From Candidatus Micrarchaeia archaeon (lineage in GTDB: Archaea > Micrarchaeota > Micrarchaeia > CAILAH01): a DNA stretch of 64,000 nucleotides. The DNA lies in NCBI GenBank assembly GCA_038874595.1, contig JAVZCB010000006.1, positions 13,818 through 77,817 of the forward strand. The letters run 5' to 3'. Below, piece after piece: positions 29,339-40,098 of this stretch; within the stretch, counting starts at the first letter, position 1; each line of letters starts with the position of its first letter. The notes beneath the pieces are model-generated. The model searched no databases. It was not told the origin of the DNA and saw only the letters and a program-made list of their open reading frames with translations. A program made the translations under genes and the position numbers.

Positions 29339-29851
29339 TCACTGCTTCCTGGCAATCTTACCAAATTTTGCATATGGCTTTTCAGTTGGGGACTCTAGCC
29401 GTTCAAAGTATACTTGAGATACCCGCTCACCCGCATACAGCTTAAGTGTGAATGGTGACAGGTTGGCAATCTCAAGTATCTGGTGGTTGTTTGAGCCCGG
29501 CTGTATAACTGCACTTGTCACGTGCACGGTCATTCCGAGCCGTGCAAACCTGCTCCTGCCCCCCAGTATCCCAATTATTGAGTTTGAAACACGTATCCTC
29601 TCCGCAGTTCTTGCAAGGCAGAACTCCTGTGGCCTGAGCACAACGGATTTTGCAATTACCTTTTTCATTAGTTTGTGCGGCTCCACCTTCTCAACAACAT
29701 CAACTTCGCCGCGCACTTTCCGCGGGATATAAAACTCGTTTGAGAGCGCCAGGTCATATGACGCCTGGCTGATATATCTCTCATCAAAAGGGGATATCTC
29801 AATATTCCCTTTTGCAATCTCCTTTAGTATATCATTACCTGACAAGTACAT
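29339..29851 (-). CDS. dcd: dCTP deaminase
   Basis: LSGNDI, ASYDL, GRSRFARLG, QPG, LEIAN, VSQVYF. Confidence 0.9.
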   Translation of the reverse strand: MYLSGNDILKEIAKGNIEISPFDERYISQASYDLALSNEFYIPRKVRGEVDVVEKVEPHKLMKKVIAKSVVLRPQEFCLARTAERIRVSNSIIGILGGRSRFARLGMTVHVTSAVIQPGSNNHQILEIANLSPFTLKLYAGERVSQVYFERLESPTEKPYAKFGKIARKQ

Positions 29852-29871
29852 GGTTGCACCCGCAGATATGC

Positions 29872-30159
29872 TTATGCTTTCTCAATCTTCCCGCTCTTGC
29901 CTGCTGATAATTGTTTTGTCCCTTTAAACTCTGAAACCCAGCCATTCGTAAATACTACCTTATCCCCTACCTTAAACTTGCCGGCATCGTCGTTCCAGAG
30001 CGATATCTTGATTTCACCGCTGTCATCCTTGATAGTTCCTGATGCAACCTTCATCTTTACGCCATACTTGTTCATTACCTCGCGCGGGCTCTCAAGGTCG
30101 ATAATCTCACCCCTAATCTCACCCGTAACCGCTCCAACCTTTAATTCTGATATTTTCAT
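29872..30159 (-). CDS. Single OB-fold ssDNA-binding protein (SSB/RPA-like)
   Basis: MKISELK, IKDDSGEIKISLWN, NGWVSEFKG. Confidence 0.88.
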   Translation of the reverse strand: MKISELKVGAVTGEIRGEIIDLESPREVMNKYGVKMKVASGTIKDDSGEIKISLWNDDAGKFKVGDKVVFTNGWVSEFKGTKQLSAGKSGKIEKA

Positions 30160-30265
30160 TTACACACCTTTGGCCTTTTGTGGCTGGTGTGCAATTAGCA
30201 GGCAAAGATTAAAAACAATTTGATGGTTTGTTTCCAAAAAAATGGAAAAATAAGTGTATCTTGCG

Positions 30266-30772
30266 TTACTGTACCTGGCTCACCTTAGCGGTGTAAGACC
30301 CTTTAACGTACTTGTCTGCACCGTCATTATACTTGAGCATCACTTCACCGCTTGATACTTCGCCAATCTGTTTTGTGCTGCTGAACAGCTTGTTGTTACC
30401 GCCGGGGCAAGTGAACTCCTTAGATTCGCCAGGTGCGAGTGTTTGTGCACTCGAGAAAGGCGCATTCGTATCTATCCCACTACCTTCCTTGCACGCAATC
30501 GCCAAGCTTGAGAGGGATATCGCCTGCTGGTTTGTTATCTTGAGTTTCAGGACACCATCCTGTGTAAGCCCTGCAACCTCACACTTAAATCCTATCGGGA
30601 GGTTGCACGTATCCTGCAGCCTGCTTTGTGGGTTGAGCACGTTCAGGTATATCAGCGCACCGAGCACAAGCACAATCACAAGCAGTGCCCAGCCGTATGT
30701 CATTAAGTATTCCATTGCCGCCTGCCCGCGTAGGCCACGTGCCTGAATAGAGCTTCTTTCATTCTTAATCAT
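30266..30772 (-). CDS. Archaeal type IV pilin (class III signal)
   Basis: RG/QAAMEYLMTYGWALLV. Confidence 0.9.
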   Translation of the reverse strand: MIKNERSSIQARGLRGQAAMEYLMTYGWALLVIVLVLGALIYLNVLNPQSRLQDTCNLPIGFKCEVAGLTQDGVLKLKITNQQAISLSSLAIACKEGSGIDTNAPFSSAQTLAPGESKEFTCPGGNNKLFSSTKQIGEVSSGEVMLKYNDGADKYVKGSYTAKVSQVQ

Positions 30773-30833
30773 GTAATACACCACTATTGAATGGGTAAAA
30801 AACCTTAAAAAGGTTGAACGGGCCTAAGCATTT

Positions 30834-31505
30834 ATGGGATTACTAAAAAGCAAAACCACTTATGATGCTCAAGATGCACAGGTATCAAGACACCGCAGAT
30901 TTATTGGTGTTGCCGTTGCTATTGGCATAACCGCCGGTTCATTTTTATCACAGGGCGTGCTTGCAGAGAATGCGTACACGTGCAAGCATAACCCTGCTAA
31001 GGATGAGATAGTATATACATACAATGGCAAGTCACGGGCCGCTGGCATCTCGCATTTCTCTGGCCAGTTTGGCAAGCTGGTTTCATATTACTGCTCTGAG
31101 GATAGCACGTTCCTGCTGTTTGAGAAAGGGCTGGTGCGTGCCGGTGGCGGTGCACGGGTTATTAAAACAGGTGAGCTTTCAATGCCATTCCCAGGTGACC
31201 CGACAAAAGTTATTGAAGGAAGCGTGCTTGACATCTTTGAAGGCACCGCTGTGAAAGGCAGGATAGAATGGGGCACGGTAGCAGTGGTCATTCTTGATTC
31301 AAAATCCATACTCGTGATAAAAAGAATAAATGAGCGGAAAGCCTCACAGCTGCAGACCCCCGTATTTCCTGATATTGACCTTAAAAGCTGTGAAATCTCC
31401 GTGACTGGTGATCTCCAATCAACTAAGGTAGGTATAACTTCAAAAGGGTTTAGCAAGACACTCATCATTGAAGGCACAACTTCAGAAAATATGGTATGGA
31501 AATAA
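30834..31505 (+). CDS. Hypothetical exported protein
   Basis: RHRR followed by a hydrophobic segment, then a beta-rich domain. Confidence 0.7.
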   Translation: MGLLKSKTTYDAQDAQVSRHRRFIGVAVAIGITAGSFLSQGVLAENAYTCKHNPAKDEIVYTYNGKSRAAGISHFSGQFGKLVSYYCSEDSTFLLFEKGLVRAGGGARVIKTGELSMPFPGDPTKVIEGSVLDIFEGTAVKGRIEWGTVAVVILDSKSILVIKRINERKASQLQTPVFPDIDLKSCEISVTGDLQSTKVGITSKGFSKTLIIEGTTSENMVWK

Positions 31506-31531
31506 AAAACAAGGAATAAAATAAAGCAAAA

Positions 31532-32470
31532 CTATGCGCGCAAGCGCGCAAGCGCCAGGCCTCCAATCACAGCAATCAGGAGTGCACCAACAGGGCACGT
31601 GTTCCCGGCAGGTTTTGGTATATTCTCAACACCAGGCACTATACCTGTATTCTTACCATCATAGCCGCCTGCTGGACCAGTTGCCCCAGTGTCGTGGTTC
31701 TCCTGCTCTACATTCTCTTCTCTATTATTTTCTGTTTCTGCCTGTGTTTCCTGTGCCTGCTGTGGCTCACACTTAATTGCACCCATTTGTGCAACTGCAT
31801 TGTCAGCCATATTCTTCACATCAATGAACTGGTTTTCTATATTCTGGAAGCTGCACTGCGCGACACGCAGCTTCAATGAGTTAAGCAGCCTTTCACACTC
31901 CATTACAGTTGCGGTGTATCCCTTGTCAGCACAGCACGGGCACGCCGCAAGTGCCGCTTTTGCATTACTCACGCTTTTCTCTGCATCGTACACCTTAGGC
32001 ATCAGCTTCTTCTCAAACTGTGTCTCAGTGTGTATAATCTTTAGTGGCATATTGTAAACCAGCTGTTCCTGTGATTTCCTGCACACTGCCCTGAACACCG
32101 CCCACTTATCGAGCTCTTCAGTGCCGCTGCCTTTCCCACCGAACAAGATATTGAACGTTAGCTTGCAATCATCATTGCCACTGATGGAGCACGCGAACTT
32201 TTCATCAGTGTATGTCCCCGTTGAGAAGTCGTAGTAGGAATAATACACATCCATCTGGCCAGTGCACGTGCTTGGATAATTCATTCTCATAGTTATAGGT
32301 GTCACTTGAATTTCAAGCGGCATATCGCAGTTTCCTATATCGAGAACCGTGTTATCACTTATCATCCTACCCCTTGCACCATCAATCCCCTTGATTGATA
32401 CGGTGAACGTGGTCCCAGCTGCACCAAGCGTTATTAGGAGCAGCAGCATTGCACACACATATGTATCCAT
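31532..32470 (-). CDS. Secreted Cys-rich protein with C-terminal Cys-TM anchor
   Basis: Signal peptide, low-complexity linker, ends CPVGALLIAVIGGLALARLRA. Confidence 0.75.
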   Translation of the reverse strand: MDTYVCAMLLLLITLGAAGTTFTVSIKGIDGARGRMISDNTVLDIGNCDMPLEIQVTPITMRMNYPSTCTGQMDVYYSYYDFSTGTYTDEKFACSISGNDDCKLTFNILFGGKGSGTEELDKWAVFRAVCRKSQEQLVYNMPLKIIHTETQFEKKLMPKVYDAEKSVSNAKAALAACPCCADKGYTATVMECERLLNSLKLRVAQCSFQNIENQFIDVKNMADNAVAQMGAIKCEPQQAQETQAETENNREENVEQENHDTGATGPAGGYDGKNTGIVPGVENIPKPAGNTCPVGALLIAVIGGLALARLRA

Positions 32471-32514
32471 AACACCTTGTTTAATATCCAATTTCAAGTC
32501 TCGACCTTAACCTT

Positions 32515-33753
32515 TTACTCTGGCAGGCCGTAAACTGCCTTATTGCCAAGCAGGTGCTCAATCTCAAGCAGCCTGTTATATTTGGCTAGCCGTTCACCTC
32601 TGCACGGTGCACCTGCCTTTATCATACCACAATCAAGCGCAACCGCCAGGTCTGCAATGAACGGGTCGCAGGTCTCACCAGACCTGTGGCTTACAACAAC
32701 ACCGCACTTGTTATTTTTACAGAGTGTTGCAGCATCAATTGCCTCTGTAAGTGTCCCTACCTGGTTAACCTTGAGCAGCAGTGTATCTATTGCACCCTTG
32801 TTAATGGCAGTTTCTATACGGCTTACATTTGTAACCGTAAGGTCATCACCTATTACCCTGCATTTGCATTCCTTTTTGAGTGCCGCGAACGATTCAAAAT
32901 CCTCCTCATCAAACGGGTCCTCAATGCTAAATATAGGATACTCACTGAGCAATGAGAGGTAATACTCAAGCAGCTTTGGTTTTGTTAATGATTTTCCATC
33001 AATCTTATACTTGCCCTTTGCAAAAAATGACGATGCTGCACAGTCAAGAGATACCTTGACCTCACGTGCATACCCGCTTTTTTCAATCGCTTTCACTATT
33101 AGGTCCAGTGCCTCGCGTGTTTTCCTGATACGCGGTGCAAACCCTCCTTCATCACCTACAGAAGTTGCAGGTTTTCCATATTTGGCTTCAATGATTTCTT
33201 TGAGTGTATGGTATATCTCAGTGCCCATTCGCATAGCCTCAGAGAAGCTTTTTGCACCCACAGGCACGACCATGAATTCCTGGATTGCAAGCCCGCTACC
33301 GGCATGCTTGCCCCCGTTAATGATATTCATCATAGGGATTGGTAGCCTTGATGCTCCCGGGCATATGCTATCAAACAGCTCTTTCCCTGTGCATACCGCA
33401 GCAGCTCTCGCAACTGCAAGTGATACTGCAGTTGTGGTGTTTGCACCCAGTTTTGACTTGTTTGGTGTCCCATCAAGAGCAATAAGTGTTTGGTCGATTT
33501 TCTTCTGGTCAGTGCATTCAATCCCACGGATGGCATCACTCACCGCTCGCACATTCTCGATCGCCTTGCTCACACCTTTCCCGTGGTATGCTGTACCGCC
33601 ATCGCGCAGCTCGATTGCCTCGTGCTTGCCGGTTGATGCACCGCTTGGCGCATCGGCCCACCCGCTTCCTTCTGGTGTGAGCACTGTGACGCGCAGTGTA
33701 GGGTTACCTCTTGAATCAAAAATCATTCTTGCAGATGCCTCTTTTATTTGCAC
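32515..33753 (-). CDS. eno: Enolase
   Basis: DSRGNPT, PSGASTG, GDEGGF, SHRSGET, ERLAKYN. Confidence 0.97.
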   Translation of the reverse strand: MQIKEASARMIFDSRGNPTLRVTVLTPEGSGWADAPSGASTGKHEAIELRDGGTAYHGKGVSKAIENVRAVSDAIRGIECTDQKKIDQTLIALDGTPNKSKLGANTTTAVSLAVARAAAVCTGKELFDSICPGASRLPIPMMNIINGGKHAGSGLAIQEFMVVPVGAKSFSEAMRMGTEIYHTLKEIIEAKYGKPATSVGDEGGFAPRIRKTREALDLIVKAIEKSGYAREVKVSLDCAASSFFAKGKYKIDGKSLTKPKLLEYYLSLLSEYPIFSIEDPFDEEDFESFAALKKECKCRVIGDDLTVTNVSRIETAINKGAIDTLLLKVNQVGTLTEAIDAATLCKNNKCGVVVSHRSGETCDPFIADLAVALDCGMIKAGAPCRGERLAKYNRLLEIEHLLGNKAVYGLPE

Positions 33754-33814
33754 ATCAACACCGGTTAAAATAGCCTCACAATTCTTTTAATGCTTAGCAT
33801 CCCTATTAAGCGGG

Positions 33815-34009
33815 ATGAAGGTTATAATTGATGGGAAGCCGTTCAGGAAAAGCGTGCGCTCCGTTAAGACGGTTGCAGAGCTGCTTGAGGAAGTGGGAGT
33901 TTCACGTGAGAATGCGGTTATCATAATAGATGGTAAGATTGTTACTGAATTTGATTCGGTCGGCCAGGCATCTCGCGTCGAGATAATAAGGGTATCATCA
34001 GGTGGGTAA
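33815..34009 (+). CDS. Ubiquitin-like sulfur carrier (SAMP2/ThiS-like)
   Basis: 64 aa ending SGG, directly upstream of the tRNA thiolase. Confidence 0.88.
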   Translation: MKVIIDGKPFRKSVRSVKTVAELLEEVGVSRENAVIIIDGKIVTEFDSVGQASRVEIIRVSSGG

Positions 34010-34010
34010 T

Positions 34011-34931
34011 ATGGCAAAATGTTCGTTTTGTGATCAGGATGCAATCATCTACCAGCCATACTCCTGCAAGCTGTTCTGCGGCAAGCACCTCTCAGACCTC
34101 ACAGAGAAGAGGGTCGGCAGCAATATGCGCAAGTATGGGATGGTGCGCAACCGCTCGCGTATAGGTGTGGCGGTTTCAGGTGGGAAGGATAGCCTTACAA
34201 TGCTTTACATAATGCACAGGCTACTCAGGAAGGACAGGTCACGCAGGTTAATTGCAATAACTGTTGATGAGGGGATACGCCAGTATAGGGAGAAGGGTAT
34301 TGAATGTACACGTGAGCTGTGCGATAAGCTCGGTGTGGAACATCACGTATACTCTTTCTCGGATTTTGCAGTCGAAATGGATATACTGATGCGCGAGCCC
34401 CGGGCAGACCCTTGTAGTTACTGTGGCGTTTTCAGGAGATGGGTGCTTAATCATGTGGCAAAAGAGCATAGGCTTGATGCAATCGCAATCGGGCACAACC
34501 TTGATGATGTGGTGCAAACTTTTCAGATGAATATAATGCGCAATGAGCCAGTCAGGATTGCAAGGTATAAGCCCAACGGCGGTCTTGTGTCATGTGATGA
34601 GTTCGTGCCGCGTATCCGCCCATTATTTAGTATACCAGAACGCGAGATTATCACGTATGCCCTCCATAATAAAATAAAATTCCATCGGGATAGGTGCCCG
34701 TATGCAGGGTTTGCGCTGCGCAACCCCGTACGGGAATTCATAAATATGATGGAGGAGAAATATCCAGGCACCAAGTTTAGGATGCTCAACACCTATCTTT
34801 CCCTAATAGACAAATTGCCGGTAGAGGAATATAAGGCACTGGTTAAATGCAATAAGTGTGGGGAACCGTCATCAACAAAAACGTGCAAGAGGTGCACGTT
34901 GTTATCTTCTATTTCTAAGAAAAACATGTAA
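34011..34931 (+). CDS. ncsA: tRNA 2-thiolation protein (NcsA/TtuA/Ncs6 family)
   Basis: N- and C-terminal Zn fingers, SGGKDS PP-loop, CSYCGVFRR, GHNLDD, CPYA. Confidence 0.88.
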   Translation: MAKCSFCDQDAIIYQPYSCKLFCGKHLSDLTEKRVGSNMRKYGMVRNRSRIGVAVSGGKDSLTMLYIMHRLLRKDRSRRLIAITVDEGIRQYREKGIECTRELCDKLGVEHHVYSFSDFAVEMDILMREPRADPCSYCGVFRRWVLNHVAKEHRLDAIAIGHNLDDVVQTFQMNIMRNEPVRIARYKPNGGLVSCDEFVPRIRPLFSIPEREIITYALHNKIKFHRDRCPYAGFALRNPVREFINMMEEKYPGTKFRMLNTYLSLIDKLPVEEYKALVKCNKCGEPSSTKTCKRCTLLSSISKKNM

Positions 34932-35125
34932 TGAAAACATATAGGAAAACACATAAATGAAAACATTTAAAGAGAGTACATTATTATCTTCTACTTGTAC
35001 TAAGTAAAGTGTAGAATGGATGCAGGCTAATACACATAGCCGCAAAAGGATTGTTCGCAGCCTATCACGTTTTTATATGTTTTGCATTTTAATAGTGCAT
35101 TGGTATTCTATTATATAGGTGATAT

Positions 35126-35860
35126 ATGATGTATCCGGTTTCTCCGCAGGCATATGACCGCGCCATTACGGTGTTCAGCCCAGACGGCCGCCTGTTCCAG
35201 GTGGAGTATGCAAAAGAGGCAGTGAAAAGGGGCAGCACTGCAGTTGGCCTGGTTTGCAAGGATGGTGTGGCACTTGTTGCAAACAGGTTTGTGCAGAACG
35301 ACCTGCTTGTTCTTGATTCAGTGAGGAAGATACACGTGATTGATGATAATATTATTGCAACCTCCTCAGGCCTTGCTGCTGATGCTAGGAGGCTTATTGA
35401 TATGGCACGTGTGGAAGCGCAGAAGCACCGCATTACGTATTCAGAGCCGATAAGCGTGCTTGACCTGAGCAGGAGGATTGCAGATACAATACAAATTTAC
35501 ACACAGTATGGTGGGATTAGGCCATTTGGAGTTTCAATGCTGTTCACCGGCGTAAATGATAATGCAGCCACACTTTACGAGGTAGAGCCGAGCGGTGCAT
35601 ACACAGGTTACTATGCTGCAGGTGTAGGCTCAAACAAAGAGGGTGTTGAGAAGTTCTTTGCTGAGAACTATAACCAAAACATATCCGTGGATGAAGGTAT
35701 TGTATTGGCACTTAAGGCATTATTGCAAAACACGAGCGGTGACGAGTCAAAGCATTTCAACGAGAATTCGCTTGATGTTGCAGTAGTTTATAAGAAAGAA
35801 AAGAAAGCGCGCTACCTTGCACCCGGTGACTTGAAAAAGTACTTGGCCAAGGTGAAGTAA
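35126..35860 (+). CDS. psmA: Proteasome alpha subunit
   Basis: [26 protein letters not shown]. Confidence 0.97.
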   Translation: MMYPVSPQAYDRAITVFSPDGRLFQVEYAKEAVKRGSTAVGLVCKDGVALVANRFVQNDLLVLDSVRKIHVIDDNIIATSSGLAADARRLIDMARVEAQKHRITYSEPISVLDLSRRIADTIQIYTQYGGIRPFGVSMLFTGVNDNAATLYEVEPSGAYTGYYAAGVGSNKEGVEKFFAENYNQNISVDEGIVLALKALLQNTSGDESKHFNENSLDVAVVYKKEKKARYLAPGDLKKYLAKVK

Positions 35861-35864
35861 AAGT

Positions 35865-36563
35865 ATGGTTTCATTGGATAATGCCGTGATATTACGGCTT
35901 GAGAAAAACGGCGAGCGGTTTGAGATTTTCGCAGACCCGGTTAAGGTGGTTGAGTACCGTAAGGGTGCTCAGATACCGCTTAACGAAGTGCTTGCAGCGT
36001 TTGAAGTGTTTAAGGATGGAAGGAAGGGAGATACGCAGTCTGATGAGGTGCTGAAACGCAATTTTGGTACCACCGCGTTTGAGGCGATTGCAAAAGAGAT
36101 ACTGCTCAAGGGCGAGCTGCATTTAACAACCGAGCAGAAACGAAAACAGCTTGAGGAGAAGCGTGCCAAGGTTATACAGTATATTGCACAGAATTATATT
36201 GACCCGCGCACGAACGCACCTCACCCTGTTAAAAGGATTGAGCTTGCAATGGAAGAGGCAAAGGTTCACATAGATGCGGGCAAGAGTGCAGAGGCGCAGA
36301 TTGAGGATGTGCTCAAGAAGCTGCGTCCAATCCTCCCGTTAAAGTTTGAGGTTGTACGCATCGCTGTCAAGGTGCCACCCGCACATGCGCACCACGCGTA
36401 TGGTGTAATAAAGGAGTTCAGCCCAAAGAAAGAAGAATGGCTTAATGACGGCTCGCTCATTGCGCTTATTGAAATCCCACCTGGAATGCAGAGTGTCTTG
36501 TTTGATAAGCTGAATAAGATTACGCACGGTGATGTCCAGACAAAAATCCTGGATAAGCAATGA
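35865..36563 (+). CDS. Ribosome maturation protein SBDS/Sdo1
   Basis: [23 protein letters not shown]. Confidence 0.94.
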   Translation: MVSLDNAVILRLEKNGERFEIFADPVKVVEYRKGAQIPLNEVLAAFEVFKDGRKGDTQSDEVLKRNFGTTAFEAIAKEILLKGELHLTTEQKRKQLEEKRAKVIQYIAQNYIDPRTNAPHPVKRIELAMEEAKVHIDAGKSAEAQIEDVLKKLRPILPLKFEVVRIAVKVPPAHAHHAYGVIKEFSPKKEEWLNDGSLIALIEIPPGMQSVLFDKLNKITHGDVQTKILDKQ

Positions 36564-36579
36564 TTATGAAGGTGAATTT

Positions 36580-37191
36580 ATGAGGAAATTGGTTTTCCCG
36601 GGCGATTTGCTCTTTGATGGGCAGCTGCGCACACGGGGTGTATATGTTGAGAATGGAAAAAGCTACGCATCCCTCATAGGGCTATATGATGACAGCACGA
36701 AAGCGTTTATACCTCTTGAGGGTGCTTATGAGCCGCAAGAGGGCGACCTTTTGATAGGTGTTGTCAGCGATGTAAGGCCAAATGGCTATTATATTGATGC
36801 AGGGATGCCAAACGAATCTTTTCTATCAAGTAAGGATTACAAAGAGCCTCTTGAGGTTGGTGATATAATAATTGCGAAGGTACGCGGTGTTGATGAGGTG
36901 AGGAGTGTTACCATTTCAGACCCCGCAGTGTTGCGTGGCGGTAATATAATCCACGTCTCACCTGTTAAGATACCCAGGATAATTGGGAAGAAAGGGTCAA
37001 TGCTGATGCAGATTAAAGAAGCAACAAAATCCAAGATTGTGGTTGGCAAGAATGGCTGGATATGGATAAGTGGCGGTGACACGTATCTTGCAACCAAGGC
37101 AATACTTAAGATAGAGTCTGAGGCGCATACGAGCGGGCTCACTGAGAAGATTGCTGAGTTTTTGAAAAAAGGTGGTAAGAATGTCGAGTGA
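36580..37191 (+). CDS. rrp4: Exosome subunit Rrp4
   Basis: S1 plus KH domains: VFPGD, PRIIGKKGSM, VGKNGWIWI, EAHTSGLT. Confidence 0.93.
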   Translation: MRKLVFPGDLLFDGQLRTRGVYVENGKSYASLIGLYDDSTKAFIPLEGAYEPQEGDLLIGVVSDVRPNGYYIDAGMPNESFLSSKDYKEPLEVGDIIIAKVRGVDEVRSVTISDPAVLRGGNIIHVSPVKIPRIIGKKGSMLMQIKEATKSKIVVGKNGWIWISGGDTYLATKAILKIESEAHTSGLTEKIAEFLKKGGKNVE

Positions 37192-37957
37192 TGAGAATAT
37201 TGAGGCAAAAGAGGTAGGTTCACACGCAGAGATTAAGCTGCTTGTTGACGGGCGCAGGGTTGATGGCAGGGCGTTGGATGAGATGCGGCCGCTAAAGATA
37301 CAGGCAGGGTTGTTGCACAAGGCAGACGGTTCTGCGCTTGTTGAGTGGGGCGGCAATAAGGTGCTTGCAGCAGTATACGGGCCGCGTGTATGCCTGCCGA
37401 AACGTGAGAGCAGCCCGTACCGTGCAAAACTATCCTGCAGGTATCTCATGTCACCGTTTGCATCTAAAGATGAGCACGGCAAGGCGGGACCAAACAGGAG
37501 GTCAATCGAGCTATCCATGGTGCTAAGGCAGGCGCTTGAAAATGTTGTTATGCTTGAGATGTACCCACAATCGATGATTGATGTGTTTATAGAGGTGTTG
37601 CAGGCATCTGGTGGTACGCGGTGCGCATCACTTGTTGCAGCTTCAGTTGCACTTGCAAATGCAGGCATTCCAATGAAGGACATGCCGGTTGCGGTTGCTG
37701 CTGGCAAGATTGAAAATGAGATATGCCTGGATGTAGGCAAGGAGGAGGATAACTATGGGCAGGCAGATGTGCCGATAGGCTTATGCCCACGCAATAAGGA
37801 TATAATTCTCCTGCAAATGGATGGCCGGCTGACAAAGGACGAAGTAATGAAAGCTCTGGATTATGCAGAGCGTGCAGCACCTATTATTCATGCTGCACAG
37901 GTGAAGGCGCTTGAGGAGGCGTACAGCCAGAGCGGCAGTGAAGAGGAGGAAGGGTGA
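37181..37957 (+). CDS. rrp41: Exosome subunit Rrp41
   Basis: RVDGR, ADGSA, VYGPR, RRSIELS, GGTR. Confidence 0.95.
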   Translation: MSSDENIEAKEVGSHAEIKLLVDGRRVDGRALDEMRPLKIQAGLLHKADGSALVEWGGNKVLAAVYGPRVCLPKRESSPYRAKLSCRYLMSPFASKDEHGKAGPNRRSIELSMVLRQALENVVMLEMYPQSMIDVFIEVLQASGGTRCASLVAASVALANAGIPMKDMPVAVAAGKIENEICLDVGKEEDNYGQADVPIGLCPRNKDIILLQMDGRLTKDEVMKALDYAERAAPIIHAAQVKALEEAYSQSGSEEEEG

Positions 37958-37962
37958 TATTA

Positions 37963-38733
37963 ATGGAAGCAATAGATGAAATGACAAAATCTTATGTTGA
38001 GGTCCTTCTGAGTAAAGGTGAGCGTGCTGACAGGCGCGGTGCGTTTGAGATACGCCCGATAGAAGTGAAGAAAGGCATAATTGAGAGCTCAGATGGGTCT
38101 GCGTGGGTCAAATGGGGTGAGACGCAGGTGCTTGCATCCGTTAAGTTTGATATCGCAACACCTTTCCCTGACAGGCCGACTGAAGGTGTCTTATCAACAA
38201 CTGCTGAGTTGCTGCCCATGGCAAACCCGCGGTTTGAGCCTGGGCCTCCCGATGAGCGTGCTATTGAGCTTGCGCGTGTTGTTGACCGTGCAATACGTAG
38301 TGCAGAGATAATCGATTTGAAGTCAATGTTTATTGAGGAAGGCAGAGTGTATGCAGTTTACATAGACATATACGTGCTCGATTATGACGGCAATTACATA
38401 GATGCGGCATCTCTTGCTGCAATGGCAGCGCTCAGGGATGCGCGCGTGCCGCCTGTAAAAGATGGCAAGCTTAACCGTGAAGAGAAAGGAGTTCCGTTAA
38501 AGCTCTCTGGCAACGCGTTGGAGTTTACATTTGTGAAGGTAGGGAACCATCTCATTCTCGACCCGTCTCTTGATGAGGAGCGCGCGCTTGATACCCGTAT
38601 AACTATAGGTGTGTGCGGTGATTTGGTGTGCTCAATACAAAAAACCGGGAGAGGCGCAATTACACGAGCGGAACTTGATAAGATGATAGATGTCTCTTTT
38701 GGAAAGTTTAAGGAGCTTGAGAAATATCTTTGA
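37963..38733 (+). CDS. rrp42: Exosome subunit Rrp42
   Basis: PFPDRP, FEPGPPDE, ELARVVDRAIR, DYDGN, DPSLDEE. Confidence 0.95.
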   Translation: MEAIDEMTKSYVEVLLSKGERADRRGAFEIRPIEVKKGIIESSDGSAWVKWGETQVLASVKFDIATPFPDRPTEGVLSTTAELLPMANPRFEPGPPDERAIELARVVDRAIRSAEIIDLKSMFIEEGRVYAVYIDIYVLDYDGNYIDAASLAAMAALRDARVPPVKDGKLNREEKGVPLKLSGNALEFTFVKVGNHLILDPSLDEERALDTRITIGVCGDLVCSIQKTGRGAITRAELDKMIDVSFGKFKELEKYL

Positions 38734-38757
38734 ACAACCTTTTTCCACTCTAATAAA

Positions 38758-39744
38758 TTACTTTTTTGTCAGTTTCTCTTTAAGGAGCTTTATCTCATCA
38801 TCATTCATATGCGCCCCGTGCTCCTTAAGCAGGCTTGCAATCTCCTTGTTTCTCTTTACAATCCGTGCAAAAAACAGCGGGCTCATACAGCTTGCGGTGG
38901 ATAGGTTTACGTTTGCACCTTTGTTTATGAGCAGTTTTATTACATCGTAAAGCTCGTAGTTTATTGCTACAAATAATGCAGTTGTGCCATCAGCCGCCTG
39001 ATAGTTTACATTTGCATTCTTCTCTAGTAATAATTTCGTAATATGTATATTTCGTGTTGCAATCGCGTACATCAATGCAGTTCTACCTTCAACGGTGTGT
39101 GCGTCCAGCTCGCACCCAAGATGGATAAGCTGTTCCGCAAATGTATCATACCCTTTCTCAATCGCAAATATAAGCGGGGTTATGTTTTGGCTCATGCGTG
39201 CATTGATATTTGCGCCGCTTTTTACCAGCTCATCAAAAACATCGCTGTGCTCATACTCAATAGAAATAAAGATTGGTGTCTTTCCGTCAGGTAGTCTTGG
39301 TTCAAGGTAACACCCGCTATCAATAAGTTTTCTTACAATGTTCTTATCCCCCTTTTTCGTAGCAATTGCAAGTGCAGTCCACCCGTCATCCCGCGCAATC
39401 GATGTGCTAGCACCGTTCTTAAGCAAAATTTCCATAACATCTAAACTTCTTCTCTCAATTGCAGTTATAAGTGCAGTGTTACCTTCAAATCCTTTTGAGT
39501 TTATGTCTGCACCACTAGCTAACGCTCTCCGCAGCATCTTGACATTGTTTGTTTCAGCTGCTCTATGAAGCAACTCATTTGCAACCTTCCACCTCTCCAT
39601 AGCGTTGCTTTCATTATTATCGTGATGTGGCAATATCTTGCGAAAAGCATCACCTATAAATTTTACAGCTTGCTTAGGAAATGATGCTTTTTCATCTGAG
39701 TTTGTCTTCTCATGATCATCTTTAAAATTATTTTTTGCGGCCAT
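38758..39744 (-). CDS. Ankyrin-repeat protein
   Basis: About 8 G-TAL--A / GA-VN repeats. Confidence 0.93.
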   Translation of the reverse strand: MAAKNNFKDDHEKTNSDEKASFPKQAVKFIGDAFRKILPHHDNNESNAMERWKVANELLHRAAETNNVKMLRRALASGADINSKGFEGNTALITAIERRSLDVMEILLKNGASTSIARDDGWTALAIATKKGDKNIVRKLIDSGCYLEPRLPDGKTPIFISIEYEHSDVFDELVKSGANINARMSQNITPLIFAIEKGYDTFAEQLIHLGCELDAHTVEGRTALMYAIATRNIHITKLLLEKNANVNYQAADGTTALFVAINYELYDVIKLLINKGANVNLSTASCMSPLFFARIVKRNKEIASLLKEHGAHMNDDEIKLLKEKLTKK

Positions 39745-40098
39745 ATCTTTTTTTCATGATTTTGTTTTAATAAATGTTATGTTTTAGCGTTTCTTGGATA
39801 ATTTGCATGTGCATCGCCAGCGTAACAAATGCAAAATTGTTATTCACAAACATTGTTTCATCAATTTACGTGCGCCCTCAACCACAAAGCCTCAATGCTT
39901 GTTTTTGTTTGAAATCACCACGTCGACAGGCCAATTTGATTTCCTTGCAATTTTAGGCTTCCATTTTATGAGATCAGCATAGTCACACCGTCTCTTATTG
40001 CATAAACGCACTAAGCTTTTGGCACGCTGCTTGCCACGGCTTCACAATAACTTTTCGTGCATTTGTATGCTTATAAGTGTTTTTACATAACTAAAGTT

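Noticed and set aside
39774-39982. Two ~60-aa ORFs between the ankyrin and surface-protein genes
   Set aside because: No motif, RBS or coding-like composition.
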